19,399 nucleotides of DNA from Nitrosopumilus sp. (GCA_029880665.1 JAOUNZ010000004.1:1-19399), one strand, 5' to 3'. Shown: positions 1-7,879, counted from the first letter of the stretch. Numbers and translations are program-made. The notes: generated by a model not told the origin, from the sequence alone.

Positions 1-377
1 TTCCAATGTTGCTTGAGAAGATTCTAGACGGAGAATCCGGCGAAATTGATGAAATTACAATCAAAGACAATCTGTGCTTTACTGCAAGTGAGCAATATGA
101 CGATTATTTCCATCAAAATTTTGGCAAAAAACTGATAGCCAAGGATCCAAAGACTGCGTTTTGCGGGATATTTGAATCTGGTCCAACTGTACGCATTATG
201 GTGTATGCAGGAGAGCAGTCAGGGATCAATGCAGGTACAATTGCCAAGGAGATAGCCTCAATTTTGGGCGGGTCAGGCGGAGGAGATGCCAAGTTTGCCC
301 AAGGCGGTGGAAAAGACACATCTAAAAAAGACGCTGCAATAGCCAAAGCAAAATCAATGGTTTTAGGACAAGTGTGA
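1..377 (+). CDS. alaS: alanyl-tRNA synthetase, C-terminal DHHA1/C-Ala end (5'-partial, runs off left edge)
   Basis: The frame of ORF 6..377 is open back to nt 3. The tail INAGTIAKEIASILGGSGGGDAKFAQGGGKD is the Gly-rich ..FAQGGG signature found at the extreme C-terminus of AlaRS (and AlaX-L). Stop TGA at 375-377 lies 3 nt before the leuS ATG. Confidence 0.65.
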   Translation, partial: PMLLEKILDGESGEIDEITIKDNLCFTASEQYDDYFHQNFGKKLIAKDPKTAFCGIFESGPTVRIMVYAGEQSGINAGTIAKEIASILGGSGGGDAKFAQGGGKDTSKKDAAIAKAKSMVLGQV

Positions 378-380
378 TCT

Positions 381-3251
381 ATGACGATTAATTGGAATGC
401 GATTGAAGACAAATGGAGAAAAAGGTGGAACGAAACCAAAGACTTTGAGACAGATCCAAATGACAAGGAAAAAAAATTCATAACAGTTGCATACCCGTAT
501 CCCAACTCACCGCAACATATTGGGCACGGTAGAACATACACACTGGCTGATGTTCATTCAAGGTTTTACAGAATGCAAGGATACAACGTATTGTTTCCAA
601 TGGGGTTCCATTATACTGGAACGCCAGTGCTTGGGATGGCAAAGAGAATTCAATCTCAAGAAAAAGAGATCTTGGACGGGTTGAGAAACATTTACCATGT
701 TCCAGAAGAGGACATCAAAACATTTGTAGAGCCAATAAAGATTGCAGACTATTTTCATGAGGAGATAAAATCTGGCATGATTGAGATGGGGTATTCCATT
801 GATTGGCGCAGAGAGTTTACAACCATAGTTCCAGGCTATCAAAAGTTTATCGAATGGCAGATCACAACCCTCAAAGAAAACGGCAGAATCATTCAGGGCT
901 CTCATCCAGTTGGATGGTGTCCACGTGATCAAAACCCAGTATCACAGCATGATACGATGGGAGACGTAGAACCAAAGATCGATGACAAGAATTATCTAGT
1001 CAAATTCAAGCTGGATGATTTTATATTTCCAGTCACAACACTGCGGCCTGAAACAATTTTTGGGGTCACTAATCTCTGGGCGAATCCAAATACTGTTTAC
1101 AAAAAGATCAAAGCAGATAATGAAAGGTGGATAGTGTCAGAAGAATGTGCAAAGAAACTAGAGTTCTTTGAAAAAGAGATTTCAATTGAAGGGGACATTG
1201 TAGGCAGTGAGTTAATTGGAAAATACGCCACCGCGCTTCACAATGGCTCAGAAATTCCAGTACTAGAGGCAGACTTTGTAGAGCCTGGCATGGGGACAGG
1301 TTTGGTAATGTCAGTGCCAGCCCATGCGCCAAAAGACTACCAGGCATTGATGGATTTAAAGGCCGCAGGCCACGAACTAGCCTTAAAGATTGAGCCCATT
1401 CCAGTCATAGTCACTGAAGGATATGGCGACATTCCAGCAAGAGATGTATGTGAAAGACTGGGGGTAACTAACCAATCTGATCAAAAACTAGAAGAGGCAA
1501 CAAACGAGCTATACCTCAAAGAGTTTACCGGCGGAAAATTAAATGACAGATGCGGGAAATTCCAAGGAATCAAAGTAGAGTTTGGACGAGACAAGGTAAG
1601 GGAATGGCTGCAGGATAACGGACATCTAGAAAGATTCCCAGTACTTGAGAACGGTCCTGTAAGGTGTCGTTGCGGAACCGAATGTGTCGTAAAGATTCTA
1701 TCAAACCAATGGTTTTTGAATTACGGGGATGAGGAATGGAAAGAAAAGGCAAGAGATTGTCTTGACGGGATGAACATCCTGCCTAACAAAATCAAGACAG
1801 AGTTCAAAGACGTGATTGACTGGCTACACGAGCGAGCATGTGCAAGACAGCAGGGACTTGGAACAAAACTGCCATGGGACAAGGACTGGATTGTAGAGAG
1901 CCTGTCAGACAGCGTAATCTACATGGCATACTATGCCATTTCACGATTTGTAAATGATGGAACAGTATCTCCAGAGAACCTCACCAAAGAGTTCTTTGAC
2001 TATATTTTCCTAGACAGGGGAAACATTGCATCAGCTGCCCAGACTTCAAAGTTGCCAAGAGAGGTCATCGAGATGATGAAAAAAGAGTTCCAGTATTTCT
2101 ATCCAGTAGACTCTCGTCATTCGGGCAGGGATTTGGTTCAGAATCACTTGTCATTTTTTGTGCTAAATCACGTCGCAATATTTGATAGAAAATACTGGCC
2201 AAAAGAGATTGTAGTTAACGGCTCTGTAATGATGGATGGCGCTAAAATGTCAAAGAGCATGGGAAATATCATTCCGCTCCGAACCGCAATCAGGGATCAT
2301 GGTGCAGACCCGATCAGACTGGCAATAATATCATCAGCAGAGCTACTGCAAGACGCTGACTTTAACATGGAATCAGTCTCTGGCATTCAAAACAAGCTAG
2401 AGTCACTTCTTGAGGAATGCTCCAATACAAAAGAAGGGAAAATTGATAATTTAGAGGCTGAGGACAGGTGGATCTTATCTAAAATCCAGAGCATGATATC
2501 TGAGGTGACTGACGCAATCGAGAAGATGAGGCTGCGAGAAGCCTTGCATGATATTTTGTTTTCATTTGAATCTGATCTAAGCTGGTATCGAAAAAGGACA
2601 GAGGCAAAAGGAAGGAAAAACATTTCAGGGATATTGCACAGGATAATCTCCGTACGAGTTGCAATGCTGTCTCCATTTGCCCCACACATATCTGAAGAGA
2701 TGTGGGAAAGACTTGGACATTCCAACCAAGTGTCAAAATCAGCTTGGCCTGAATATTCCAAAGAAAGTGTCGATGCCACATCAATCCAGGCAGAAGAATT
2801 ACTCAAATCAACAATTGACGATATTGCAAACATACTCAGAGTTACAAAGATCACTCCGCAAAAGATTGTAATCTATGTCAATTCCGATCAGTTCAGACTA
2901 ACCGTATATCGCAAGATACTTGGCATAATGGTGAGAGGTCAAAACAACATGGGGGATGTGATGAAAGAGTTGATTGCAGACCCTGAGACTAGAGAAGCCA
3001 AGAAGATGCCAGACTATATACAAAAAGTAATCAAGGATTTACATTCAGAGTCAGAGGTTATCAAAGAGATGAAATTGAAATCAAAGGGGTTTGATGAGAA
3101 AGAATTCTTGTCTTTGGAACTAGGAGACATTGGCAGAAAAGAGTTCGGGGTGGAGATACAGGTGTACTCTGAATCAGACAGCGACATTTATGATCCCAAG
3201 GGCAAGGCAAGGCATGCAAGGCCGTTCAAGCCTGCGATCCTGATTGAGTGA
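381..3251 (+). CDS. leuS: leucyl-tRNA synthetase, archaeal type (956 aa)
   Basis: Long uninterrupted ORF with an ATG start. Class I signatures are present: HIGH-type motif (PQHIGHGRT) and KMSKS (AKMSKSMGN). It has CP1 editing-domain length and an archaeal-style C-terminal extension. Confidence 0.95.
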   Translation: MTINWNAIEDKWRKRWNETKDFETDPNDKEKKFITVAYPYPNSPQHIGHGRTYTLADVHSRFYRMQGYNVLFPMGFHYTGTPVLGMAKRIQSQEKEILDGLRNIYHVPEEDIKTFVEPIKIADYFHEEIKSGMIEMGYSIDWRREFTTIVPGYQKFIEWQITTLKENGRIIQGSHPVGWCPRDQNPVSQHDTMGDVEPKIDDKNYLVKFKLDDFIFPVTTLRPETIFGVTNLWANPNTVYKKIKADNERWIVSEECAKKLEFFEKEISIEGDIVGSELIGKYATALHNGSEIPVLEADFVEPGMGTGLVMSVPAHAPKDYQALMDLKAAGHELALKIEPIPVIVTEGYGDIPARDVCERLGVTNQSDQKLEEATNELYLKEFTGGKLNDRCGKFQGIKVEFGRDKVREWLQDNGHLERFPVLENGPVRCRCGTECVVKILSNQWFLNYGDEEWKEKARDCLDGMNILPNKIKTEFKDVIDWLHERACARQQGLGTKLPWDKDWIVESLSDSVIYMAYYAISRFVNDGTVSPENLTKEFFDYIFLDRGNIASAAQTSKLPREVIEMMKKEFQYFYPVDSRHSGRDLVQNHLSFFVLNHVAIFDRKYWPKEIVVNGSVMMDGAKMSKSMGNIIPLRTAIRDHGADPIRLAIISSAELLQDADFNMESVSGIQNKLESLLEECSNTKEGKIDNLEAEDRWILSKIQSMISEVTDAIEKMRLREALHDILFSFESDLSWYRKRTEAKGRKNISGILHRIISVRVAMLSPFAPHISEEMWERLGHSNQVSKSAWPEYSKESVDATSIQAEELLKSTIDDIANILRVTKITPQKIVIYVNSDQFRLTVYRKILGIMVRGQNNMGDVMKELIADPETREAKKMPDYIQKVIKDLHSESEVIKEMKLKSKGFDEKEFLSLELGDIGRKEFGVEIQVYSESDSDIYDPKGKARHARPFKPAILIE

Positions 3252-3301
3252 TCAGAATACCAAGTGTTAACGAGCTTATCGACAAAGAGTAAAAATAGAA
3301 T

Positions 3302-3315
3302 CCCCCCCCCTTTTT
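3302..3315 (+). terminator. C9 followed by T5 homopolymer tract; candidate oligo-T terminator for leuS
   Basis: tCCCCCCCCCTTTTTa lies about 50-60 nt after the leuS stop. Archaeal RNAP terminates at oligo-T runs. A C9 run is conspicuous in this AT-rich sequence. Confidence 0.35.
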
Positions 3316-3594
3316 ACGAACAAAATTGTGCTATGTTTTGAGATGACAAGCTAAATGTCAAGATAAAAACAAGGGAAAAGATCCCGATCTGATCCAGATT
3401 GGAAAAAAGAAATAGACTATTAATAATTGGACATCTTATGAAAAATTGTCTCATGGCAGGCGTTATACTACGCTCTACAAGATTGCAAATCTTGCGGGAA
3501 CGTACCAGTCTGTCATGAAGACCCCTAGTACATAATGCACTAATGAAATTTGTAAATGTATCTTTAATTTAATATTTTATACTACTCTTTCAAT

Positions 3595-4461
3595 TTATAA
3601 TCCTTCTATTTTATTTTTAATAATGATATGAGATAAGGGTAATGGCATTGACTCATTCATTCTTCCATCATCCATACTCTCAATTCTTCCCAACCAAAAC
3701 CTCTTCCTGTCTGCATTAAGATTAAACTCTCTTGTTTGCGGTTTGATTTTACCAATGTCTCCAATTCTATTTTGAAGAATGGATGATCTTAACCTGCTAT
3801 TCCTATTTACAACAAAACTATAGTATAATCTCCTGTTCTTCTCAAATGTATCTAGATGCTCAATTTCCTTGCCATTTAGTTTGCCTAGACCTCTCTGCTT
3901 CCACTTGCCATTGAACCGATAGAAACCATTCTGTAAAACAAACACGTCACTAGCCTCATTGTCAAAGGAAAAATCACCCAGTTCTGTAGAATTCACACCA
4001 AGTCTCTTTCTGGTGCATATGGAATCCGTGGCAAAGAACACTACATCCTTCTCAATGCCATTTTTACGCACAAAATCGTACAATTGGGCACGGCAAAAGC
4101 CGGTGATAAAGGCAAAGATTACGGGATTGAATAGATTTCCAATCATATGATTTACACTCTGCCCTGTCTTGCCATAGATGGAATTCAGGATTATCTTGAT
4201 TGGCAACTGCAAAGGATTGTTCTGTTGTTTTAGTTCCATTCTTTTCTGGTATAATTTTTGAATGAAATCACGGTATGGATAAATATCAGATTCGGGTATG
4301 AACTGATATCCTTCAAGAATCCTGTAGAAGGTTTTACTTTCACAGGCTTGAAGTTCTGCTAATGTTACATACGTCTCAAACTTTCCTGACGGAAAAATTG
4401 ATGAGTTATTTTCTTTCGGAATTCCAATTTTAAAGGAAGTTACACTTGCACGCGTATCCAT
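3595..4461 (-). pseudogene. family B DNA polymerase, protein-primed type (pPolB), C-terminal palm/thumb fragment only (288 aa)
   Basis: Motif B Kx3NSxYG is present as KIILNSIYGKTG. The motif C region reads VVFFATDSI (canonical YxDTDS). Downstream ELGDFSFDNE....FYRF resembles the LGxWxxE...KxY segment of phi29-type polymerases. No Exo I-III motifs and no motif A (DxxSLYP) are present. The 210 nt upstream (4462-4672) has no frame that continues the ORF. Confidence 0.7.
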
Positions 4462-4620
4462 TCATACCTATTGTGAAAAATTAAAAAATTTAGATAATTA
4501 TGGAGAATTTGTCAATCTCATTCCAGATTCCACCCTAATCCTAGAACGAATTGATGCTGCACTCAAAAATTTACCTGAATCAGGACTGCATAAGAAACAA
4601 TTCTTCTCTTTATCTATTTT

Positions 4621-4646
4621 TTCACAATCTTAGATAGGATTGTGAA
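4621..4646. repeat. perfect 9-bp inverted repeat TTCACAATC-N8-GATTGTGAA; a third ATTGTGAA copy at 4470-4477
   Basis: Read directly from the sequence. The hairpin or operator-like palindrome lies between the stop of the 4673-5206 gene and the PolB-fragment start. The third half-site sits 9 nt upstream of the PolB-fragment ATG. Confidence 0.6.
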
Positions 4647-4672
4647 TAATCTAGTTTTATTTTAACAGAACT

Positions 4673-5206
4673 TTATTTCTTATCTTTTAAAGATAAAAAC
4701 ATGTTCTTTACATTTTCCCAATCATACATCGTACCTATAACCGTTATATCGAGTGGACTCCGTTCTTCTATCCGTTTTATTTTAATAAAATCATATTTGC
4801 GTTCTTTCTTTCCATCTTGATATACTACAAGTAATTTATTTGCCAGAAAATGATAGTCACCAACTTCAAGACGGATTATACTGTCAAACTTAATCTCAAA
4901 ATTAAGATCATTCTTCATATCCTGCTCAAAATCTTCATAGGTGTATTTCCCGATTAAATGAGATATTTCATGTTCTGTGTCAACACCCATTCCCCGTGCA
5001 ATATCTTTGCCTAGGTCTTTCCAAGCACCATCTACTTTTTCCTCCTTTAAATTTTCAGAACTGCTACTTGTTACAATAGCTATGGAATCGGTTGTTAAGA
5101 TTAAGAATCCTTTTCTTCCTGGTGAGAAAAATTTTTTTTCCTTTAACCATACAAATGGTTCAATACGCTTGATTTCTTTTTTCAAAATCCCACAATCTTT
5201 GTACAT
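4673..5206 (-). CDS. hypothetical protein (177 aa); weak resemblance to bacterial PH-like (bPH/YokE-like) domains
   Basis: ATG-initiated ORF with no competing frame. The segments GFLILTTDSIAIVT and IRLEVG...LLVVYQDGKK recall bPH beta-strands, but this is a pattern impression only. Confidence 0.55.
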   Translation of the reverse strand: MYKDCGILKKEIKRIEPFVWLKEKKFFSPGRKGFLILTTDSIAIVTSSSSENLKEEKVDGAWKDLGKDIARGMGVDTEHEISHLIGKYTYEDFEQDMKNDLNFEIKFDSIIRLEVGDYHFLANKLLVVYQDGKKERKYDFIKIKRIEERSPLDITVIGTMYDWENVKNMFLSLKDKK

Positions 5207-5267
5207 TCACTTACAATTAAGATTTTTTTACTAGTTCTTAATTGAATTTTCATAATCCTATATAAGA

Positions 5268-6012
5268 TTAGGTAACAGCACTAAGCAATTCTAAAACAAT
5301 TTTATTCCCAGGATCTAACTGTAATACCTTCTCAAATAATTGCTTTGCATTATCATCAGATCCACGTTCTGCAAACCACTCTCCCTGCTCTATTAATGAC
5401 TGAATGACTTGCTCTCTGAATTGTGCAAGTTTGTTTATCATTTCACTGACTTTGTCCTGATCATCTTGTTACAGGTATATTGACAACAAACTCGACAGAG
5501 CATCAGAGTTGTTTCTGTCAATATCCAAGGTATCATCATAGTAAGATTCTGCCGTACCAGATTTCCTGATTTTAGTTGAGCATTTGCTATGCCATTTATG
5601 GTTACGATTCTCTCAGAGTTTATTTCAAGTGATTTTCCAAAGTATTCCATTGCCAAATCTTTGTTTGATGATTTTTACTCGGTATTTTTCCCCTTCTGAA
5701 TGTCTTGGGCTAATTGAGTAGATCTGCCGTTATCAAAAAATTTCCCACAATCATCCTCGACGTATAAAAATTCTTTACTCCGTCAAACTCTTCTTCAGTT
5801 TCAATTATTTCAGCAATGGTTTCTTTCCCAACTTTTTTTTCAACGTTCTCAACTTTCATAATAGTGAAAACACCCTTATCATCCAGTTTTGAAAGCGGTG
5901 ATTCGGCCATATCCTACTCGCCATCTTGCCCATCAGTATTGACATTGTCACATTCAGGCATTGACATTGAAATTTGATCATTTTGTTTTATCAAATAATC
6001 CAGCGCGTTCAT
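5268..6012 (-). pseudogene. decayed gene with a TPR-like C-terminal half; at least 2 frameshifts and 3 in-frame stops
   Basis: A sensible protein can be followed only by crossing five disruptions: TAG at 5914-5916, a frameshift near 5762-5775, TAA at 5675-5677, a frameshift near 5552-5560 and TAA at 5469-5471. The pieces read KDLAMEYFGKSLEINSERIVTINGIANAQLKSGNL / TAESYYDDTLDIDRNNSDALSSLLSIYL / ...GEWFAERGSDDNAKQLFEKVLQLDPGNKIVLELL, which is TPR-like. Track ORFs 5438..5656 and 5710..5910 are fragments of it. Confidence 0.55.
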
Positions 6013-6091
6013 AATGACGCTGATTTTATCCTATTGATAATTATTTTCTTTGGAATCAGATCATGTTAGAACTTATCAAACCATGCAGATG

Positions 6092-6343
6092 TCATTGCTT
6101 GTCATGAGTGTTTAGTTTTTTGAAAATCTCTTGATACTTGTCAAACTCGTCAAGTTCCTCCAATCTCATTATTTGAATAAGGTTTGCAGTCTCATCTATT
6201 AGCTTGGCAAGTCGTCGCAGCGATTGGTCATATTCTTTATCTTCCTTGTTTTCCCATTCTTCTAGTCTTGTCTTAAAGAATTCAATGCGGCCAAGTTTGT
6301 AGTCAATTTCGCCTGTCAATATTTTAATTGATTCTGGTTTCAT
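6092..6343 (-). CDS. hypothetical small K/E-rich helical protein (83 aa)
   Basis: ATG ORF. Its start overlaps the stop of the upstream ORF in an ATGA 4-nt overlap (6340-6343), which suggests a translationally coupled pair. No recognisable family. Confidence 0.5.
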   Translation of the reverse strand: MKPESIKILTGEIDYKLGRIEFFKTRLEEWENKEDKEYDQSLRRLAKLIDETANLIQIMRLEELDEFDKYQEIFKKLNTHDKQ

Positions 6344-6537
6344 TCCAATCCTTTTTCCAGTTTGATTTTTGCAATAACGTCTCTGACCAGTTCCTCATCT
6401 TTTATGACTAATTCTTGAAGCTTTTTCTTGTATTTCTCATCACCCCATTTGTCTTGACTAAACATCTCTTTGACTAGATTTACAATTTCAGATTTGTTTC
6501 TCTGATGGTCTCGTTTTGCAATTTCAGAGCCTTCCAT
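6340..6537 (-). CDS. hypothetical small helical protein (65 aa)
   Basis: ATG ORF coupled to 6092..6343 by a 4-nt overlap. Charged, coiled-coil-like composition. Confidence 0.45.
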   Translation of the reverse strand: MEGSEIAKRDHQRNKSEIVNLVKEMFSQDKWGDEKYKKKLQELVIKDEELVRDVIAKIKLEKGLE

Positions 6538-6707
6538 AAATTTGTCAGAACGATTTTAAACTTAAGCGTAACTGAAATCCACCGAGTCCTGATCATCTTT
6601 ATTTCCGGTAATCGCGGCAGATTGAGTTTGAACTTTGCAAATTTGAAGCCAGACGCCATTGTACAGTCCTAGGAACTGCATAGAGGGCTTGAGTCTGTTG
6701 GCAGATC

Positions 6708-6914
6708 CTATTTTTTCTTCAGTTTCTCAATGGCCTTGTTAATCTTCTCAACGTTTGAACTCCAGATCTTGACCATCTTCTCTTCGTTTGCAATCTCCTT
6801 TTTCGTTCCCACATCTTTGAGCTGCTTCATCTTGTCCAAGTGTCTCCGAAGGTTGTCCTGTGCTTCTGCCAGCTTCTTTTGTTGATATCCGAGAACTTTA
6901 TCTGCAAAGCCCAT
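6708..6914 (-). CDS. hypothetical small coiled-coil protein (68 aa)
   Basis: ATG ORF with heptad-like K/E-rich sequence. It is divergent from the zinc-ribbon gene at 6996. Confidence 0.45.
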   Translation of the reverse strand: MGFADKVLGYQQKKLAEAQDNLRRHLDKMKQLKDVGTKKEIANEEKMVKIWSSNVEKINKAIEKLKKK

Positions 6915-6995
6915 AATTTTCCTTGTTGTATATTGGTCTTAAGCGTGTTGGGGAACAGTCCAACATTCTTAAGGCCACAATTCCAACAAAAACAG

Positions 6996-7229
6996 ATGAC
7001 GTTATTTTGCAAGCAATGCAGCAGTAGACGATTACCAAAGTATATTGAAGCAGAAAAGACCACATTATGGTTATGCGAAAAGTGCAAGAATTTTACAGAT
7101 ATCAATGATCTTGTTATTCGCAAGCAGACAGACGAGGAAAGAGAGACAGCCAAAAGAAAAGAAAAGGAATTTGAAGAATCCACAAATTTTCCAAAAGCAA
7201 AATTGAACAGAAGAAAGGGCGTAAACTAG
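6996..7229 (+). CDS. zinc-ribbon protein with a charged tail (77 aa); start re-set to an internal ATG of track ORF 6840..7229
   Basis: MTLFCKQCSSRR...LWLCEKCKNF gives CxxC-N17-CxxC. The first 52 codons of the track ORF are Cys/Leu-rich junk that overlaps the opposite-strand gene 6708..6914. Confidence 0.55.
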   Translation: MTLFCKQCSSRRLPKYIEAEKTTLWLCEKCKNFTDINDLVIRKQTDEERETAKRKEKEFEESTNFPKAKLNRRKGVN

Positions 7230-7268
7230 ATCAGCAATGCAAAAACTTACAAAATTTGTGTTCAAATC

Positions 7269-7288
7269 AAGATTACTATTGTAATCTT
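7269..7288. terminator. hairpin AAGATTAC-TATT-GTAATCTT between convergent genes, followed by a T5 run at about 7302
   Basis: An 8-bp perfect stem (10 bp with one bulge) lies 40 nt after the 6996..7229 stop and 57 nt after the stop of the - strand ORF 7345..7479. Confidence 0.3.
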
Positions 7289-7344
7289 TGACTGGAAGTT
7301 ATTTTTCAGACCATACAGTTTCAGAAACCAGAGGAATTAAAGAT

Positions 7345-7479
7345 CTAATATGTTTGTAATCTTCGATATTTTTCTTCTAGCTTTTCATGTACATCTAGTT
7401 TTTTATTTGAATCAGCGATCATTCTGAGCCCTGAAATTGTGTTTTCAAAGATTTTTATTTTTTGTTCTTTTGTTGTCAT
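7345..7479 (-). CDS. possible small helical protein (44 aa, below the track threshold)
   Basis: ATG...TAG ORF read by hand: MTTKEQKIKIFENTISGLRMIADSNKKLDVHEKLEEKYRRLQTY. It lies 39 nt downstream of the 7519..7698 gene on the same strand. The only support is the ORF and its context. Confidence 0.3.
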   Translation of the reverse strand: MTTKEQKIKIFENTISGLRMIADSNKKLDVHEKLEEKYRRLQTY

Positions 7480-7518
7480 GCTATATTAGGCAGTTCATCA
7501 CAGATAAAGATAAACATC

Positions 7519-7698
7519 CTAGACTCCAAATGGATCAGACTTGCATCTTGGGCATTTAGAGCCATCTGTCTTTGTCCCACACTTTGCACAATGAATGTCA
7601 ATTCCCACGATATCATGTGGGTTAGTCTTTGATACCTTTACAATCAGGACTATGGCTAGTAAGACACCTATTGCAAGCCCTATCCATATCAGTACCAT
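7519..7698 (-). CDS. membrane-anchored zinc-ribbon protein (59 aa, missing from the track)
   Basis: Hand translation: MVLIWIGLAIGVLLAIVLIVKVSKTNPHDIVGIDIHCAKCGTKTDGSKCPRCKSDPFGV. It has an N-terminal TM helix followed by CxxC-N8-CxxC. A/T-rich TATA-like sequence lies 20-30 nt upstream. The overlapping + strand track ORF 7595..7807 looks spurious. Confidence 0.55.
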   Translation of the reverse strand: MVLIWIGLAIGVLLAIVLIVKVSKTNPHDIVGIDIHCAKCGTKTDGSKCPRCKSDPFGV

Positions 7699-7879
7699 GG
7701 TGTTCCATTCCCTTTATGCCTTAAAAACCAGTGACGATGGAAATTGTAATCAGAAAAACCAAGATTGGACATGCCCTTTATCTGTCGGGCTGAACAATGG
7801 CAGATGAATGCACAGAATTCAACCGTTTAACGGCATATGTTGTATTAGATGATAAAAGGCATTCATTTCAGATGCGGTT

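Larger units (their letters stand above)
3252..7700. mobile_element. putative degraded integrated element (pPolB-bearing; casposon/virus/plasmid remnant); borders not determined
   Basis: Contains a truncated protein-primed PolB, six small orphan ORFs (helical or zinc-ribbon), one multiply disrupted gene and long non-coding gaps. It looks more AT-rich than the flanking housekeeping genes. No Cas1, integrase, TIR or TSD was found by eye. Confidence 0.5.

Noticed and set aside
113-2871. Track ORFs overlapping or antisense to alaS and leuS (113..541, 487..684, 558..932, 1108..1347, 1570..1752, 2387..2854, 2479..2784, 2659..2871)
   Set aside because: All lie inside strongly supported aaRS genes. 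Their translations are Cys/Leu/Ser-rich with no motifs, which is typical of shadow ORFs.
5438-5656. Treating 5438..5656 and 5268..5441 as an intact ATGA-coupled gene pair
   Set aside because: The TPR-like signal leaves the 5438..5656 frame halfway through and continues in the frame of the downstream ORF across a TAA. The remainder of the 72-aa ORF looks non-coding.
5454-6599. Exact 14-nt direct repeat GTCCTGATCATCTT at 5454-5467 and 6586-6599
   Set aside because: One 14-mer match is about what chance predicts in a 19-kb AT-biased window on two strands. The flanks do not extend the match.
6480-6659. 59-aa very basic - strand ORF (MASGFKFAKFKLNLPRLPEIKMIRTRW..) in the 6538-6707 gap
   Set aside because: It overlaps the 6340..6537 gene by 58 nt in another frame and has a low-complexity basic composition. 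This is more likely promoter or terminator DNA.
6827-7265. ORFs 6827..7183 (-), 7071..7265 (-) and the first 52 codons of 6840..7229 (+)
   Set aside because: They overlap the better-supported 6708..6914 and 6996..7229 genes. Their sequences are Cys/Leu/Phe-rich junk.
3478-7288. Hairpins sharing a CAAGATT/AATCTT core near both edges of the island (3478-3494 CAAGATT-GCA-AATCTTG; 7269-7288 AAGATTAC-TATT-GTAATCTT), considered as possible element termini
   Set aside because: The shared core is only 6-7 nt and the surrounding sequence is unrelated. This is insufficient to call TIRs or att sites without comparison to an empty site.
3252-7700. Calling the island a casposon outright
   Set aside because: No Cas1/casposase-like ORF, HNH nuclease or TIR/TSD is visible in any frame. 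Only the pPolB fragment points that way.
7595-7807. Track ORF 7595..7807 (+)
   Set aside because: The opposite strand encodes a much more protein-like TM plus zinc-ribbon ORF (7519..7698) over the same bases.
7805-7865. Inverted repeat TGAATGC...GCATTCA enclosing the inner hairpin CCGTT-T-AACGG, just downstream of the nitroreductase stop
   Set aside because: A 7-bp stem with a 47-nt loop is weak. It could be terminator-associated, but I cannot distinguish it from chance by eye.
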